DNA from: a virus
Direction: 5' to 3' (one strand)
Length of the DNA: 64,000 bases
IMG/VR virus record: IMGVR_UViG_3300020048_000115
Location: 6,053-70,052 of that record
Shown here: piece by piece, positions 28,936 to 37,911 of the stretch
Layout: each line of letters opens with the position of its first letter
Position numbering within the stretch: the stretch's first letter is position 1
Program-made: the position numbers and the translations under genes
Notes under the pieces: model-generated
Seen by the model: only the letters and a program-made list of their open reading frames with translations
Databases searched by the model: none
Told to the model about the DNA's origin: nothing

Positions 28936-28942
28936 TGTTGTT

Positions 28943-28957
28943 TTTACGCACTTGGCA
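28943..28957 (+). promoter_or_regulatory. sigma54-type -24/-12 element TGGCACGATTCTTGC (copy 1)
   Basis: Exact match to TGGCAC-N5-TTGC with G at position 7. Confidence 0.45.
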
Positions 28958-28969
28958 CGATTCTTGCGC

Positions 28970-28984
28970 CAGAAAAACCTGGCA
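28970..28984 (+). promoter_or_regulatory. sigma54-type -24/-12 element TGGCACGATTCTTGC (copy 2)
   Basis: Identical 16-mer, 27 bp downstream of copy 1. Confidence 0.45.
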
Positions 28985-29014
28985 CGATTCTTGCTTATAA
29001 TTAAAAATGCATAA

Positions 29015-29082
29015 TTTATAATTATCCAGACGCGAATGATTGTCGTTTACAAATGCAAATGATTCGTATTTGCACCCTGGAT
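29015..29082 (+). repeat. three iteron-like 17-mers GCRAATGAKTSGTMTTT
   Basis: gcgaatgattgtcgttt (29015), gcaaatgattcgtattt (29037), gcgaatgagtcgtatta (29066), with regular spacing of about 22-29 bp. Confidence 0.5.
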
Positions 29083-29175
29083 GCGAATGAGTCGTATTAC
29101 CGCGATTTAGGGTCATGTAGTACTTTTGGGCTATATCAGCACTGGTTTTTAGAACTTTAGTACTACAAAAGTGTG

Positions 29176-29240
29176 CTGCGCCAGTGGAAAACCTTGCGCC
29201 AGTGGAAAAACTCAGAGGTTTCCTGCGCCAGTGGCCCGTC
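29176..29240 (+). repeat. three CTGCGCCAGTGG(AAAA) direct repeats
   Basis: At 29177, 29197 and 29225. Covered only by a spurious ORF. Confidence 0.5.
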
Positions 29241-29311
29241 AAGTGCAAAATCTTGCATGTGGGTTACGCGCCCATTATATAGTGGAAAACCTTGCGTGTC
29301 AAGTAAAAAAT

Positions 29312-29347
29312 TTCTTTATTGAACAAAGTGTTGGAGTTTTGTATAAT
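29312..29347 (+). promoter_or_regulatory. sigma70 promoter TTGAAC-17-TATAAT for the 44-aa gene
   Basis: ttgaacaaagtgttggagttttgtataat. Confidence 0.55.
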
Positions 29348-29374
29348 TGTTTTATCAACAGGAGAGAACCACAC

Positions 29375-29509
29375 ATGACAGACGCCGAATTTTTCGCACA
29401 AATCCAAGAAGACTACTTCCACGAATTTGTGGGAACCGAACTCCGAGAAATTTTCGTGTGTACCGATGCACACGATGAAATTTTTGAATTTGACGATGTT
29501 CCCTTCTAA
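29375..29509 (+). CDS. small acidic protein (44 aa, MTDAEFFAQIQEDYFHEF...)
   Basis: TTGAAC-17-TATAAT promoter and AGGAGAG ribosome-binding site. In-frame within spurious track ORF 29171..29509. Confidence 0.5.
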   Translation: MTDAEFFAQIQEDYFHEFVGTELREIFVCTDAHDEIFEFDDVPF

Positions 29510-29555
29510 TGATATAATAATATCTTAAACAGCGCAGAAACCAACTAAAGGACAT

Positions 29556-29867
29556 ATGATGACTAAAGAAATCAAACAAAACTACACCCCAGCCCAAACC
29601 CTGGATCTCGTTAACCGCTACAAGGCGGGCGAGGCCGTTGAGACCATCGCAGAAGCCCTGGGCAAGACTACTCGCTCAGTGGTTGCCAAACTTTCACGCG
29701 AAGGCGTGTACCAGGCCAAGACTGCGACTAAGGGTCAGGCCCGAGTCAAAAAATCTGAGCTGGTTGACCAACTTGCACACCTCTGTGGTGTTGCTCCAGA
29801 AATGTTTGACTCACTGGAGAAAGCCAACCACGACGTTCTCGAAGCACTGGTTGCAAAAATTGCTTAA
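29556..29867 (+). CDS. small HTH protein, paralog family A (103 aa)
   Basis: NYTPAQTLDLVNRYKAGEAVETIAEALGKTTRSVVAKLSREGVY. Confidence 0.6.
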   Translation: MMTKEIKQNYTPAQTLDLVNRYKAGEAVETIAEALGKTTRSVVAKLSREGVYQAKTATKGQARVKKSELVDQLAHLCGVAPEMFDSLEKANHDVLEALVAKIA

Positions 29868-29892
29868 CCTTAGGGTCAAGAAATTTTATCTT

Positions 29893-29918
29893 GATTTAGA
29901 ATACAAAAACTAGTATAA
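29893..29918 (+). promoter_or_regulatory. sigma70 promoter TTGATT-17-TATAAT (drives the small RNA candidate)
   Basis: ttgatttagaatacaaaaactagtataat. Confidence 0.55.
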
Positions 29919-29924
29919 TAGTTA

Positions 29925-30047
29925 TATAAACAGTCGGGAAGGCAAGAGGGCTAGGGAGCCATTGCCGTTTGATTACCCTCGGCCACAGCCACTAACCAGT
30001 TACTATAAGTACTTATATCTGTGCGACACGAGTGGGCGTCAACGACT
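29925..30047 (+). ncRNA. candidate small RNA (about 120 nt) between promoter and U-tract
   Basis: TTGATT-17-TATAAT promoter at 29893-29918. 5-prime aaacagtcg (29929-29937) pairs perfectly with 3-prime cgactgttt (30034-30042), followed by TTTATTT. No ORF. Confidence 0.4.
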
Positions 30048-30058
30048 GTTTTTATTTA

Positions 30059-30087
30059 CTTGATTGTATAGTTTGTTTACTGTATAA
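30059..30087 (+). promoter_or_regulatory. sigma70 promoter TTGATT-17-TATAAT (drives the large RNA candidate)
   Basis: ttgattgtatagtttgtttactgtataat. Confidence 0.55.
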
Positions 30088-30093
30088 TAGATT

Positions 30094-30826
30094 TATTGGG
30101 TGACAGCGGAAACGGGATTTATCTGTTATGCGTCTTAATTGTGGGGAATACGTTCCGAGCCACAGCCCTTAGCTTCTAGAATTGATTGTTTTGGCTAGGC
30201 ATAGCTTTACAACCTGACACATATACTTGCACGCATGGCTACCTCGGCCGAGGTTTTAAACGCGCTTCTTGCAAGGTACTAAGATCAGCGCGTATTCGCA
30301 AAGCAATCAATTCTAGGTGTTATGAACCCAGATTTCGATCTGGATAACAACTTAATAATAACCGAAGTCTAGTTATTACCTAGTCTATTATGGGTACCTT
30401 CTGAAGATGGCTTGACCCTAAACTAACGCAAAATGTATCCGGTATGCAAACCGTTGTTAGTTTTAAATAAGCCGAAACCCTCATCACACGGCAGCCTTAC
30501 GCGATGTATTCCCATATGTCCAAGGCAGCAGTTGAGGGTCAAGGTGTAGGACTTTAGCCAAGCCTGTTAGCACTGGTGAAAGAACACCTAAAAATACAGC
30601 TATCTGCCAAACCAAGGCTCTGGCCGGCCCCAGGAATGTAGACAAGCGGGATTTGTGAACCCGGCATCGGCTAATCGCTGTTGCGCAAACACGCCAACCG
30701 ACTCTACTAGCGACCTTAATCCGTAACCACAGAGGAAACCTGCACGGATGGTACTAGACAACCATTAAAAAATCTCGAGATTCAACTGCCCGCACGGACT
30801 TGCTCCCGTAGCGGGCTTTTGTTTGT
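30094..30826 (+). ncRNA. candidate large structured noncoding RNA (about 730 nt)
   Basis: No ORF of at least 60 aa in any frame across 29914-31013. TTGATT-17-TATAAT promoter at 30059-30087. Internal long-range inverted repeats (ctagaattgattg at 30176 / caatcaattctag at 30307). Intrinsic terminator at 30788-30826. Confidence 0.4.
30788..30826 (+). terminator. intrinsic terminator at the end of the ORF-free RNA locus
   Basis: gcccgcacgg-acttgctc-ccgtagcgggc, followed by TTTTGTTTGTGTTT. Confidence 0.55.
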
Positions 30827-30940
30827 GTTTAATTTTACACTTAAAAATATTGTGGTGCTGCGCCAAATTATAAGTGGTTAGGCAATTTAACGCAAGTGGA
30901 TTTTTTAACATCTGACCCTAAGCCGAGCTTGCAACACACG

Positions 30941-30990
30941 CAAAAAAGCCGTATATCGTTACAGATATACGGCTTTTGCGCTTTTAAGTT
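30941..30990. terminator. bidirectional terminator flanked by inverted ATCTGACCCTAA elements
   Basis: aagccgtatatc-gttacag-atatacggctt with A-run and T-run flanks. Motif copies at 30909-30921 (plus) and 31024-31036 (minus). Confidence 0.6.
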
Positions 30991-31013
30991 AAATTAAATG
31001 CAATTAAGTCGAT

Positions 31014-31325
31014 TTACGTTGCTTTAGGGTCAGATAGCGCAGTGCTAATCATAACCAAGACGTTTTTGTTGACTTTTTCTAGCGATTCCAGCAATTCTAG
31101 GTCGCAGTCTAGTAATTCAGCAATTTGCTCTATGTGCTCCGACTTTTTCACCGGAATTTCACCACGTTTGTTAACATAAGTCTTTTTCTGGTACACACCA
31201 ACGGAGCTTAGCTTAGCAATCACCGATCGCTCTGGCACGTCCAGCTCCTTAGCTATAACCAAAACTGGCACCTTGTTGGTGTACAGCTCGATTATACGGT
31301 CAGTAATTTCTTTGGTATAACGCAT
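31014..31325 (-). CDS. small HTH protein, paralog family A (103 aa)
   Basis: ELDVPERSVIAKLSSVGVYQKK, same family. A bidirectional terminator lies downstream. Confidence 0.55.
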   Translation of the reverse strand: MRYTKEITDRIIELYTNKVPVLVIAKELDVPERSVIAKLSSVGVYQKKTYVNKRGEIPVKKSEHIEQIAELLDCDLELLESLEKVNKNVLVMISTALSDPKAT

Positions 31326-31326
31326 T

Positions 31327-32169
31327 TTAAACTGCCTCCGCTAGCCAAGGCAGATTACAAGGGGCATTGTCCGACCCTAAGTCAGTGCCTGCAACGTACT
31401 CGTGACGAAAAATAGCTCCCTGCACTAGTGGGTTTGGCATCAAGTCCCAGTCATTGGGTTCCAAGACCATGTACTCAGTGCGTAAGCTAGGGTTAGCTAC
31501 CCAAATCTGCGTTAACATAGTGCCCACAAGTTTCGGCGCTTTGCCTAGCTCTGTGTTTTGCATTCCTCGCAAACACCAAGCAGTGGTTGGTGATTGTTTG
31601 GTTCCGGCTCGTAGTCCCGATTTAATTGTTAGGCCCTGATCTCGTAGCTCTAGTAATCGTTCCGGCCCTAAGCCATAGCAAATTTCGTTGGGTAGTAAAT
31701 CTAGTTCTAAATGCGACTCGTCCGGCTGCCAGAGCATTGCTTCGAGCAAGTTCTTGTCGATAAGCGGACAACTCTCAGTAATATTCCATCGTGAATAGTT
31801 GATGCCTTGGAATTTTTTAGCTCCCATTAAGATTAAAGGAACTAGAGCTGAGTACGATGCAAATTCAGGATTGACCTGAGATTTTACTAAGCTACCCCTT
31901 TTAAGCTTTGTAGCTACTCGCCACAAGCCTATGTCGTAGTCTGTGACGATGTTGTGTCTGGCAGTGGCTGCACAGTCTACTAAGTTATCTTTGAATACTA
32001 GTCTCCACGAACCAAAATAACTACCAATCTGTGGCAGCATCCATGAATTGTAAGTGGTTAAGTGATGGGTTTTAGCTAGGTCTTCTAGCTGTGAGTCGTT
32101 TAAGCGGGCGTATAGCTCGAACGGAAAGTCAGTGATGTTGTTTGATTTTAGTTTTAACATGAATAACAT
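31327..32169 (-). CDS. hypothetical protein (280 aa)
   Basis: Long ORF that overlaps the downstream gene by 1 nt. Confidence 0.5.
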   Translation of the reverse strand: MLFMLKLKSNNITDFPFELYARLNDSQLEDLAKTHHLTTYNSWMLPQIGSYFGSWRLVFKDNLVDCAATARHNIVTDYDIGLWRVATKLKRGSLVKSQVNPEFASYSALVPLILMGAKKFQGINYSRWNITESCPLIDKNLLEAMLWQPDESHLELDLLPNEICYGLGPERLLELRDQGLTIKSGLRAGTKQSPTTAWCLRGMQNTELGKAPKLVGTMLTQIWVANPSLRTEYMVLEPNDWDLMPNPLVQGAIFRHEYVAGTDLGSDNAPCNLPWLAEAV

Positions 32170-32519
32170 TAGCTTCTCAGTAGCTAAAATAACTGTGGGG
32201 TTATTGGCAAAATAGCGGAAAATTCCACAAAAACCTTAATTTGCGGAATAGTTGTCAAAAATACAATAGTTTAATAAATAAAAATATAGAACTCCTCGAT
32301 AAGCGGCTAGAGATTGCGGAAATTACCAAAACCTACAGTAAACGATCTATATCAGGGGCCCTCGCTCCTGCCGTCCCGTCCCATATAGATCTTACTGTAA
32401 TTTTAAATTTCACAATCTCTTAGTTTGTTGATGTTGTTCAATAACTAAATTATAGCACACATTTTTCCAGAATACAAGTGTGTTTTTAGTTGTGCATAAG
32501 ATTTTCATGACACAGAGTT

Positions 32520-32783
32520 TCAGTTTGAGGATTTCAGCAACTCAATTGTTTTATTTCTAATACTGCTGTGACTTAGGGTCAGGTCGATGTATTCTAGTGA
32601 TTCTAAGGTTGCAATGATTGCAAGGAAATCTTCGAGTTCTGTGACAAACTCTTGGTGATTAGTAGTTGTTCGTTCAGGGTGAGTATTATTATCCCCAAAT
32701 CGCCTAATCTTCGAAACTGCTTGGATAACCTCAGCGGCTTCTTCTTGTAGTTTGGCGGTTAGATATTCTATTTTATTCTGCAT
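32520..32783 (-). CDS. hypothetical protein (87 aa)
   Basis: ORF in a co-directional gene string. Confidence 0.4.
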   Translation of the reverse strand: MQNKIEYLTAKLQEEAAEVIQAVSKIRRFGDNNTHPERTTTNHQEFVTELEDFLAIIATLESLEYIDLTLSHSSIRNKTIELLKSSN

Positions 32784-33141
32784 CTATGAACTCCAGGAAT
32801 TTAAAAAGTGTGAGTGTTGTAGGGTCGTAGGTAATATTGTTGATTACGAACGCCATGTTGCGAGTTCCGTTGTCGGTTTCGTACATCCACCACATTAGCC
32901 AGGTAAATAGTTCTTCGCCGAGTAATTCAGCGACTAGTTTAGTATACGCAGACTTAATGGGCTCTGCGAGTTCAAAGATCTGGTTATCTGACCCTAAAGC
33001 TTGGAAGGCCTTACTGACTGCGTCTTCGCCGTGTTGTTGCTGAATCATTGCCATTGAGTAGTCATAAGCAATTTTATGTGTGGGTTTCATTGACTCAGAG
33101 TCCATTTTTAGCTTTAACGAGTGCTTCGAGGGCTCTAGCAA
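32773..33141 (-). CDS. hypothetical protein (122 aa)
   Basis: ORF in a co-directional gene string. Confidence 0.4.
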   Translation of the reverse strand: MLEPSKHSLKLKMDSESMKPTHKIAYDYSMAMIQQQHGEDAVSKAFQALGSDNQIFELAEPIKSAYTKLVAELLGEELFTWLMWWMYETDNGTRNMAFVINNITYDPTTLTLFKFLEFIDAE

Positions 33142-33693
33142 ACTCCATGTAGCCTTGGTAGTTTTTTAGTAAGTTAGCGATCTCGGAGTCTGTGGGCGAG
33201 TTGTAGTTATTTTTGTTCATAGCGGGGTAAGTCAAAGCTTTTGTTGGTAAATAACTCAACTGGCTTCCAGTAGGTGTGTAGCAAGTTGTTGACGAATACC
33301 GCAGCTATGATAATTACTGTGGCTGCTAGTGAAAGCAAAATGCTTGCTGCTAAGAATACTGCTGCTTGTTCCATTAGATACAATCCTTTAAGAAATCTTG
33401 TGTAATGTCTTGCCAGTGATGCTCTTGATCACCAAACCGCGTTCTCGTGGTTCTAAGTCGTTGCAAGACTAGCTTGTTGTTCCAGGTACTGCGAAACTGA
33501 AAGTAGTTCATCTGCCCATTGCCTCCGGATATAGTTGCCAACCCAAGTCACTGTTAGCTTTTTCAAGCTCAGCGACCTTAAATCTCAGTACAACAACTTC
33601 TTCAAGAAGTTGATCTAAACAAGGATTATTACCGAATTGTTCGTGTACTGCAATACGAATAGCTAGTTTTTGTCGTAAATTTAGTTGCATGGT

Positions 33694-33957
33694 TTAAAGC
33701 TCAACATAAGCCTCGTTGAGTTGTAGATCAAATACCTCAAGCTGTTGTTCATCGTCTTCAAACACTTGGGTGAGATAAGGCACGACTTCGTCAAAAAGCC
33801 TGTAAGTACTGGGGTCTCGCCACAGTACTTGTGGGTTTAGTGTTGGGTTAACCAGTGTTCTGATGTGTTCAAGACGCTGGATTAGTTGATTTAGTTGCAT
33901 ATTAGCTTTTGGGGTGTTGGACGTTGCAAAGTACTTGTAGTGCTGCAAACTCGCCAA
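33694..33957 (-). CDS. hypothetical protein (87 aa)
   Basis: ORF in a co-directional gene string. Confidence 0.35.
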   Translation of the reverse strand: MASLQHYKYFATSNTPKANMQLNQLIQRLEHIRTLVNPTLNPQVLWRDPSTYRLFDEVVPYLTQVFEDDEQQLEVFDLQLNEAYVEL

Positions 33958-34528
33958 AGGTTAACTGAAAGTTTCTGTTAGCAACGGCAACATCCCAGCC
34001 TTCACCATTCGCCCACTCCGTAACCTCGATGATTTCGTATGGCTTGGCCAGGTGGCAGTAGTTGTTTAGATCAGTGTGTACGCACTTGCGTGTTGAGAAG
34101 TTCATGTTATTTCCTTTTTAATAAAACTATTATAACCCAAAAACACCAAAGCCACAAGTGCAGTTATGCAAATGTGGCTTAGAATTGTTGTGTTTTAGCA
34201 ACATTGTGTTTACCAGGCTTCTGAACCCGTAACTTCCATTGTAAACTTACCAGCAACATCATTTACAATAACGTCAATGGTTAAGGTAATAGTGCTGCCA
34301 ATACCGCTGGTACTATCTATACTAAGTAAAAACGCGTCGTGGTCTGGAAACTTGTTCATAAGCTCCAGCATTGTTTCGGCATCTTGTTTGAGAATATAGC
34401 TCATGGTTTTTTACTTGTTGGAAAAGGCCACGTAGCTTGCATACAAGTACAGTTTCTGCCTTGATTGCATTGCTGCGTACAAGGGCTAGGAAACGGTGGA
34501 GTCTGCAATAGTTTTAATAGTTTAGCGA

Positions 34529-35194
34529 TCAGTCCCATAGTGCCTCGTAGTATTTACCAAATAAACGGAATCCGTTAGAGATTTTGGCTTGCTGTACAGC
34601 CATTGCTGCGTAATCACAAACATAAGTATCTTTTGGGCCTGCAGTCATTTCGTAACTAACTGGATCGCCTTTAGCGTCCAGTTGTTCACTAGGCTTCCAA
34701 ACAATGTCGTGTGTACCACTGTGGTACTGATCTTGCCAAGTGTCATCCACTTTGCAAGCAAAAGCAAAGATCATTTGATCAAGCACCCAGTCCCAACGTT
34801 TGAAGTGGTTGTCGTCCGTATCCCACTCAGACTCTTTTTTGGGTGCACTAGTAGATTTTAGCTCATCTGGAACGTCCTCGTCTGACACACAGGGAGCACC
34901 GTGTTTAGTTGCTTGTAACTGCTTAAGCATTGGTAACACGATCATGGCTAGTGTAGAGTCCATGCCCCAAGTATCGTAAGCATCAATACACACATACTCT
35001 TGACGAGTACGTCGAGCCTCAATCCACTGGCAGGCTCTGGTAAGTAGGGTATCACTACCGTCTTTTTTCTCTGCAAGCCATGTGCCAAACTCATGTACTC
35101 TGGCATCCTCGTGCTTGTCTAACCACCACAGTAGTGCTTCAGCAATCTGGTACGGCCCTACCCAGTTTTTATACGGGCCAATTATTACTTTCAT
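34529..35194 (-). CDS. hypothetical protein (221 aa)
   Basis: Long Trp-rich ORF, coupled to the upstream gene. Confidence 0.5.
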   Translation of the reverse strand: MKVIIGPYKNWVGPYQIAEALLWWLDKHEDARVHEFGTWLAEKKDGSDTLLTRACQWIEARRTRQEYVCIDAYDTWGMDSTLAMIVLPMLKQLQATKHGAPCVSDEDVPDELKSTSAPKKESEWDTDDNHFKRWDWVLDQMIFAFACKVDDTWQDQYHSGTHDIVWKPSEQLDAKGDPVSYEMTAGPKDTYVCDYAAMAVQQAKISNGFRLFGKYYEALWD

Positions 35195-35511
35195 TTAAAT
35201 AGTTCCTGTTGTGTATAAACATAGCCATGCAAGTTCTCACGAGCACGATCATAGACTTCGCTTGGAGTTAGTAACTCTGGGTCTAGACCCTCAGTTGCGC
35301 AAGCATAGGCAAGTAGTGTATTGTTGACGTCAGTCCACATTGCTTCGGCTCCAGCTTTGTAACACTCTCGCATCCAGTAGTCACGGTTTTCTTTGTTCAT
35401 GGGATTGCCATAACTAAACACCATACTACGATTGCTGCCCATTTCTGGATAGGTGTCTTCAAAAAACCATTGAATAAATTCACGGTCTAGACTAAATTGT
35501 TTGTTTCTCAT
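35191..35511 (-). CDS. hypothetical protein (106 aa)
   Basis: ATGA-type overlap with the downstream gene. Confidence 0.45.
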   Translation of the reverse strand: MRNKQFSLDREFIQWFFEDTYPEMGSNRSMVFSYGNPMNKENRDYWMRECYKAGAEAMWTDVNNTLLAYACATEGLDPELLTPSEVYDRARENLHGYVYTQQELFK

Positions 35512-35847
35512 AATTTAATAAATATGCTGGTAATATTGTAAAGGATAGCTATTAAAATCAATAGCCAAAAACTGAAAAATAGTGTGATTGCGGAATAGAT
35601 TAAAGACTTAACCACAAACACTAATGTTTTGTCTAGTGGGTTCATTCTTCAACTCCGAATGTGTTCATCAAAAGGCTAGCAGCCTCATCACCATTTTCTA
35701 ATCCCTTGTAGCAAATGCTGGAACATTCCAGCACAATCAACTCGGCAAACTTTTCAATCATCTCTGGACTCATACTGTACCAATCTGCCTTGTTCCAGTT
35801 GTCAGTGACCCCAGCTTGTTTTAAAAGTTCTTGAATTCGTGAATTCA

Positions 35848-36054
35848 TTAGTACGGCCCTTCATTGTGGTCACAGGCAATAGTAATATCTGGAAAAAAGT
35901 TTTGAACAACTCGTACTACATCGGCATCTGTGCCATGCTTTTGTGCATTACGAAATGCAATACGCAAGTCGCTTAACAAGTTGTGATACTCTGGTGCATT
36001 TAAATACATTCGTGCTTCTGAAGCCGACTCACAAGAAATTTTAAGTTCAAGCAT
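35848..36054 (-). CDS. hypothetical protein (68 aa)
   Basis: Coupled within a small-gene string. Confidence 0.35.
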   Translation of the reverse strand: MLELKISCESASEARMYLNAPEYHNLLSDLRIAFRNAQKHGTDADVVRVVQNFFPDITIACDHNEGPY

Positions 36055-36235
36055 ATTTGTTCAGTTGTTTGAGTAGTGAAAGGTCAGTTACAGGCTGGTA
36101 GTTTGACTTGGCAAACGGCACAATACAGTGTTTGTGTGCACGAGCACGAAGCTCGCCACAGTCCAAACAAAAATGAAACCCAAGGCTCCAACGAGCCTTG
36201 GCAACTTCCTGACCACAAGCACGGCAATAAAACAT
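36047..36235 (-). CDS. TraR/DksA-type C4 zinc-finger protein (62 aa)
   Basis: CRAC-x17-CLDC arrangement typical of TraR/DksA-family zinc fingers. Confidence 0.5.
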   Translation of the reverse strand: MFYCRACGQEVAKARWSLGFHFCLDCGELRARAHKHCIVPFAKSNYQPVTDLSLLKQLNKYA

Positions 36236-36290
36236 AACAATCCCCTTAAATCAATAATTAATTATAAAGGATTTCAACACACAAATCAAA

Positions 36291-36662
36291 TTAATTTTTT
36301 CGCATTGCTTTGATTAGGCTAGTTGTTAGACTACGGATTGCCTTCTGATAGCCTTGGATTGCTCCACGCTGCCCAGGCAACCACTCAGGTCGTAGCATTA
36401 GGGCAAGTTCTTCGTCTCGAGTAACCAAAATAGTTTTTATTTGTCCGTTTCGCCAATGAAGTTTTTCACAGTAAATAGTCACAGTATCTGGCATATCAAC
36501 GCTGCCAACTGGAACTTTACCTACTTGATTAACTTCAAACTGTAATGGGCGTAACACAGCTACCCTAACAGCACCTTCTTTTTCCATTTGTTCTAGCAGC
36601 CAAAGAGGTAAGTCTAGTATAGTAATTGGCTCTAGGTCTTCTGTGTATAAGACTATATTCAT
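36291..36662 (-). CDS. hypothetical protein (123 aa)
   Basis: ORF only. Confidence 0.4.
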   Translation of the reverse strand: MNIVLYTEDLEPITILDLPLWLLEQMEKEGAVRVAVLRPLQFEVNQVGKVPVGSVDMPDTVTIYCEKLHWRNGQIKTILVTRDEELALMLRPEWLPGQRGAIQGYQKAIRSLTTSLIKAMRKN

Positions 36663-36987
36663 AGTTTCTTTCTAAGTGACCAACTACCATCGCCTTGGTC
36701 TAACCATTTTAGTGTATCACCAATTTGCCAGTCTAGTTCATCTAGTAATTCTTGTGGAAGCGGTAATATAAGGTCATCACCATCTTCTTCTAAGATAGCT
36801 GTAAAAGTAGTATTCATATTAAGCCTTGCTATCTGGGCGAATTATATAAGTTATTGTTGGTATTTTACTACCTAGTGGAATAGCTAAAGCATAGCCTTCT
36901 GATAGTAAGTGTATTATCTGCCATTCTTTATCATGTGCAGTAACAGTTTTACCAAAATTCAATGGGTTAAAAAGTTCTTGCATCATA

Positions 36988-37911
36988 TTACCACCGAGCC
37001 TCATTTGCGATAAGTTTACGAAACTGAATCCAGCCGCGTAAGTTACCTGACCATAAATCGCTGTTGGCTGAAACGTGTGAGACACCTGGTTCCCAAGTTT
37101 CTGGCTCAAATCTACACATAGACTCCACATTCATTGGTGAGGCTTGATGCTCAACCGGAGATGCGTGAGCTGGCTCAGATTCAATTAGTTGCTGATAAAT
37201 CTTTAAGGCCTTTTCATAGCTATCGTCCGATTTACGATACGACACTTGAGCACAACAGCTAGAGCTGATAACAAGCGCTTCTTGCGCTGTGATATAATTA
37301 TCTTTACTATCAACATAGTGCAAAACACCGCTACGGCTATCACGGTAAACATGAACATAAGGGACATGCCATTCTCCTGGGTTTAGTAGTTGCGGCTGAC
37401 TAGCTGTATAAGCTAGGCGCATTTTATTAGCTAGTACAGCAATTTCCGGCTGTGCATCGGCATGGTCTCGCAACCAAAAGAAATTTGCCCATTCAGTTCC
37501 TGAAATTACAGTTTTCATCAACATCCAAGGCTCTGTGATGCGATTAGTAATTTGTTTATGCAATTCTAGGGCATTAAGGTCTAAGGCAAAACTAATTGCG
37601 CTATCTCGGGCAGCGTTCCAAGTTCTACGAGCCCTTTCCTGGTCCAAGTCATCTAGTTCAACTTTGGCTTTCATACCCGGCTGGTTTTTACCCCAGTACA
37701 CTGGAGTAGCGGTATTATGCTTGATATGATTTAACATTGCCGTTACAGGAATTGCCCGAGAACTTGCTGAGTTCTTAGACAACATACGATGAGTATTGAG
37801 TTCAGCTAAGATAAACCTAGGATACTCGATTTCCATAGTAACCATACGATTATTTTCTGCGTCAATACTATCAGCAATAATTTTAGCAGTAATCAAATCT
37901 TTGGGGTTCAT
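36988..37911 (-). CDS. ThyX-like (flavin-dependent thymidylate synthase-like) protein, 307 aa
   Basis: LNTHRMLSKNSASSRAIP resembles the ThyX signature RHRx7S, but with T in place of the first R. Confidence 0.35.
   Translation of the reverse strand: MNPKDLITAKIIADSIDAENNRMVTMEIEYPRFILAELNTHRMLSKNSASSRAIPVTAMLNHIKHNTATPVYWGKNQPGMKAKVELDDLDQERARRTWNAARDSAISFALDLNALELHKQITNRITEPWMLMKTVISGTEWANFFWLRDHADAQPEIAVLANKMRLAYTASQPQLLNPGEWHVPYVHVYRDSRSGVLHYVDSKDNYITAQEALVISSSCCAQVSYRKSDDSYEKALKIYQQLIESEPAHASPVEHQASPMNVESMCRFEPETWEPGVSHVSANSDLWSGNLRGWIQFRKLIANEARW

Noticed and set aside
29176-29240. CCAGTGGAAAACCTTGC, considered as further sigma54 sites
   Set aside because: The GG-to-GC spacing is 8 nt rather than the required 10. 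Kept only as a direct repeat.
29171-29374. N-terminal 68 codons of track ORF 29171..29509 (MCCASGKPCASGKTQ...)
   Set aside because: These codons are translated from the GCGCCAGTGG direct repeats and the promoter. The real gene starts at 29375 with its own ribosome-binding site.
30094-30826. Large ORF-free RNA tested against RNase P RNA, tmRNA and group II intron domain V signatures
   Set aside because: The conserved P4 strings, the tmRNA tag-reading-frame and tRNA-like ends, and the domain V consensus are all absent. Only a weak AACCCGGC match. Left unclassified.
36819-37130. 103-aa minus-strand ORF overlapping the 5-prime coding region of the ThyX-like gene
   Set aside because: It is embedded out of frame within a larger, better-supported gene.
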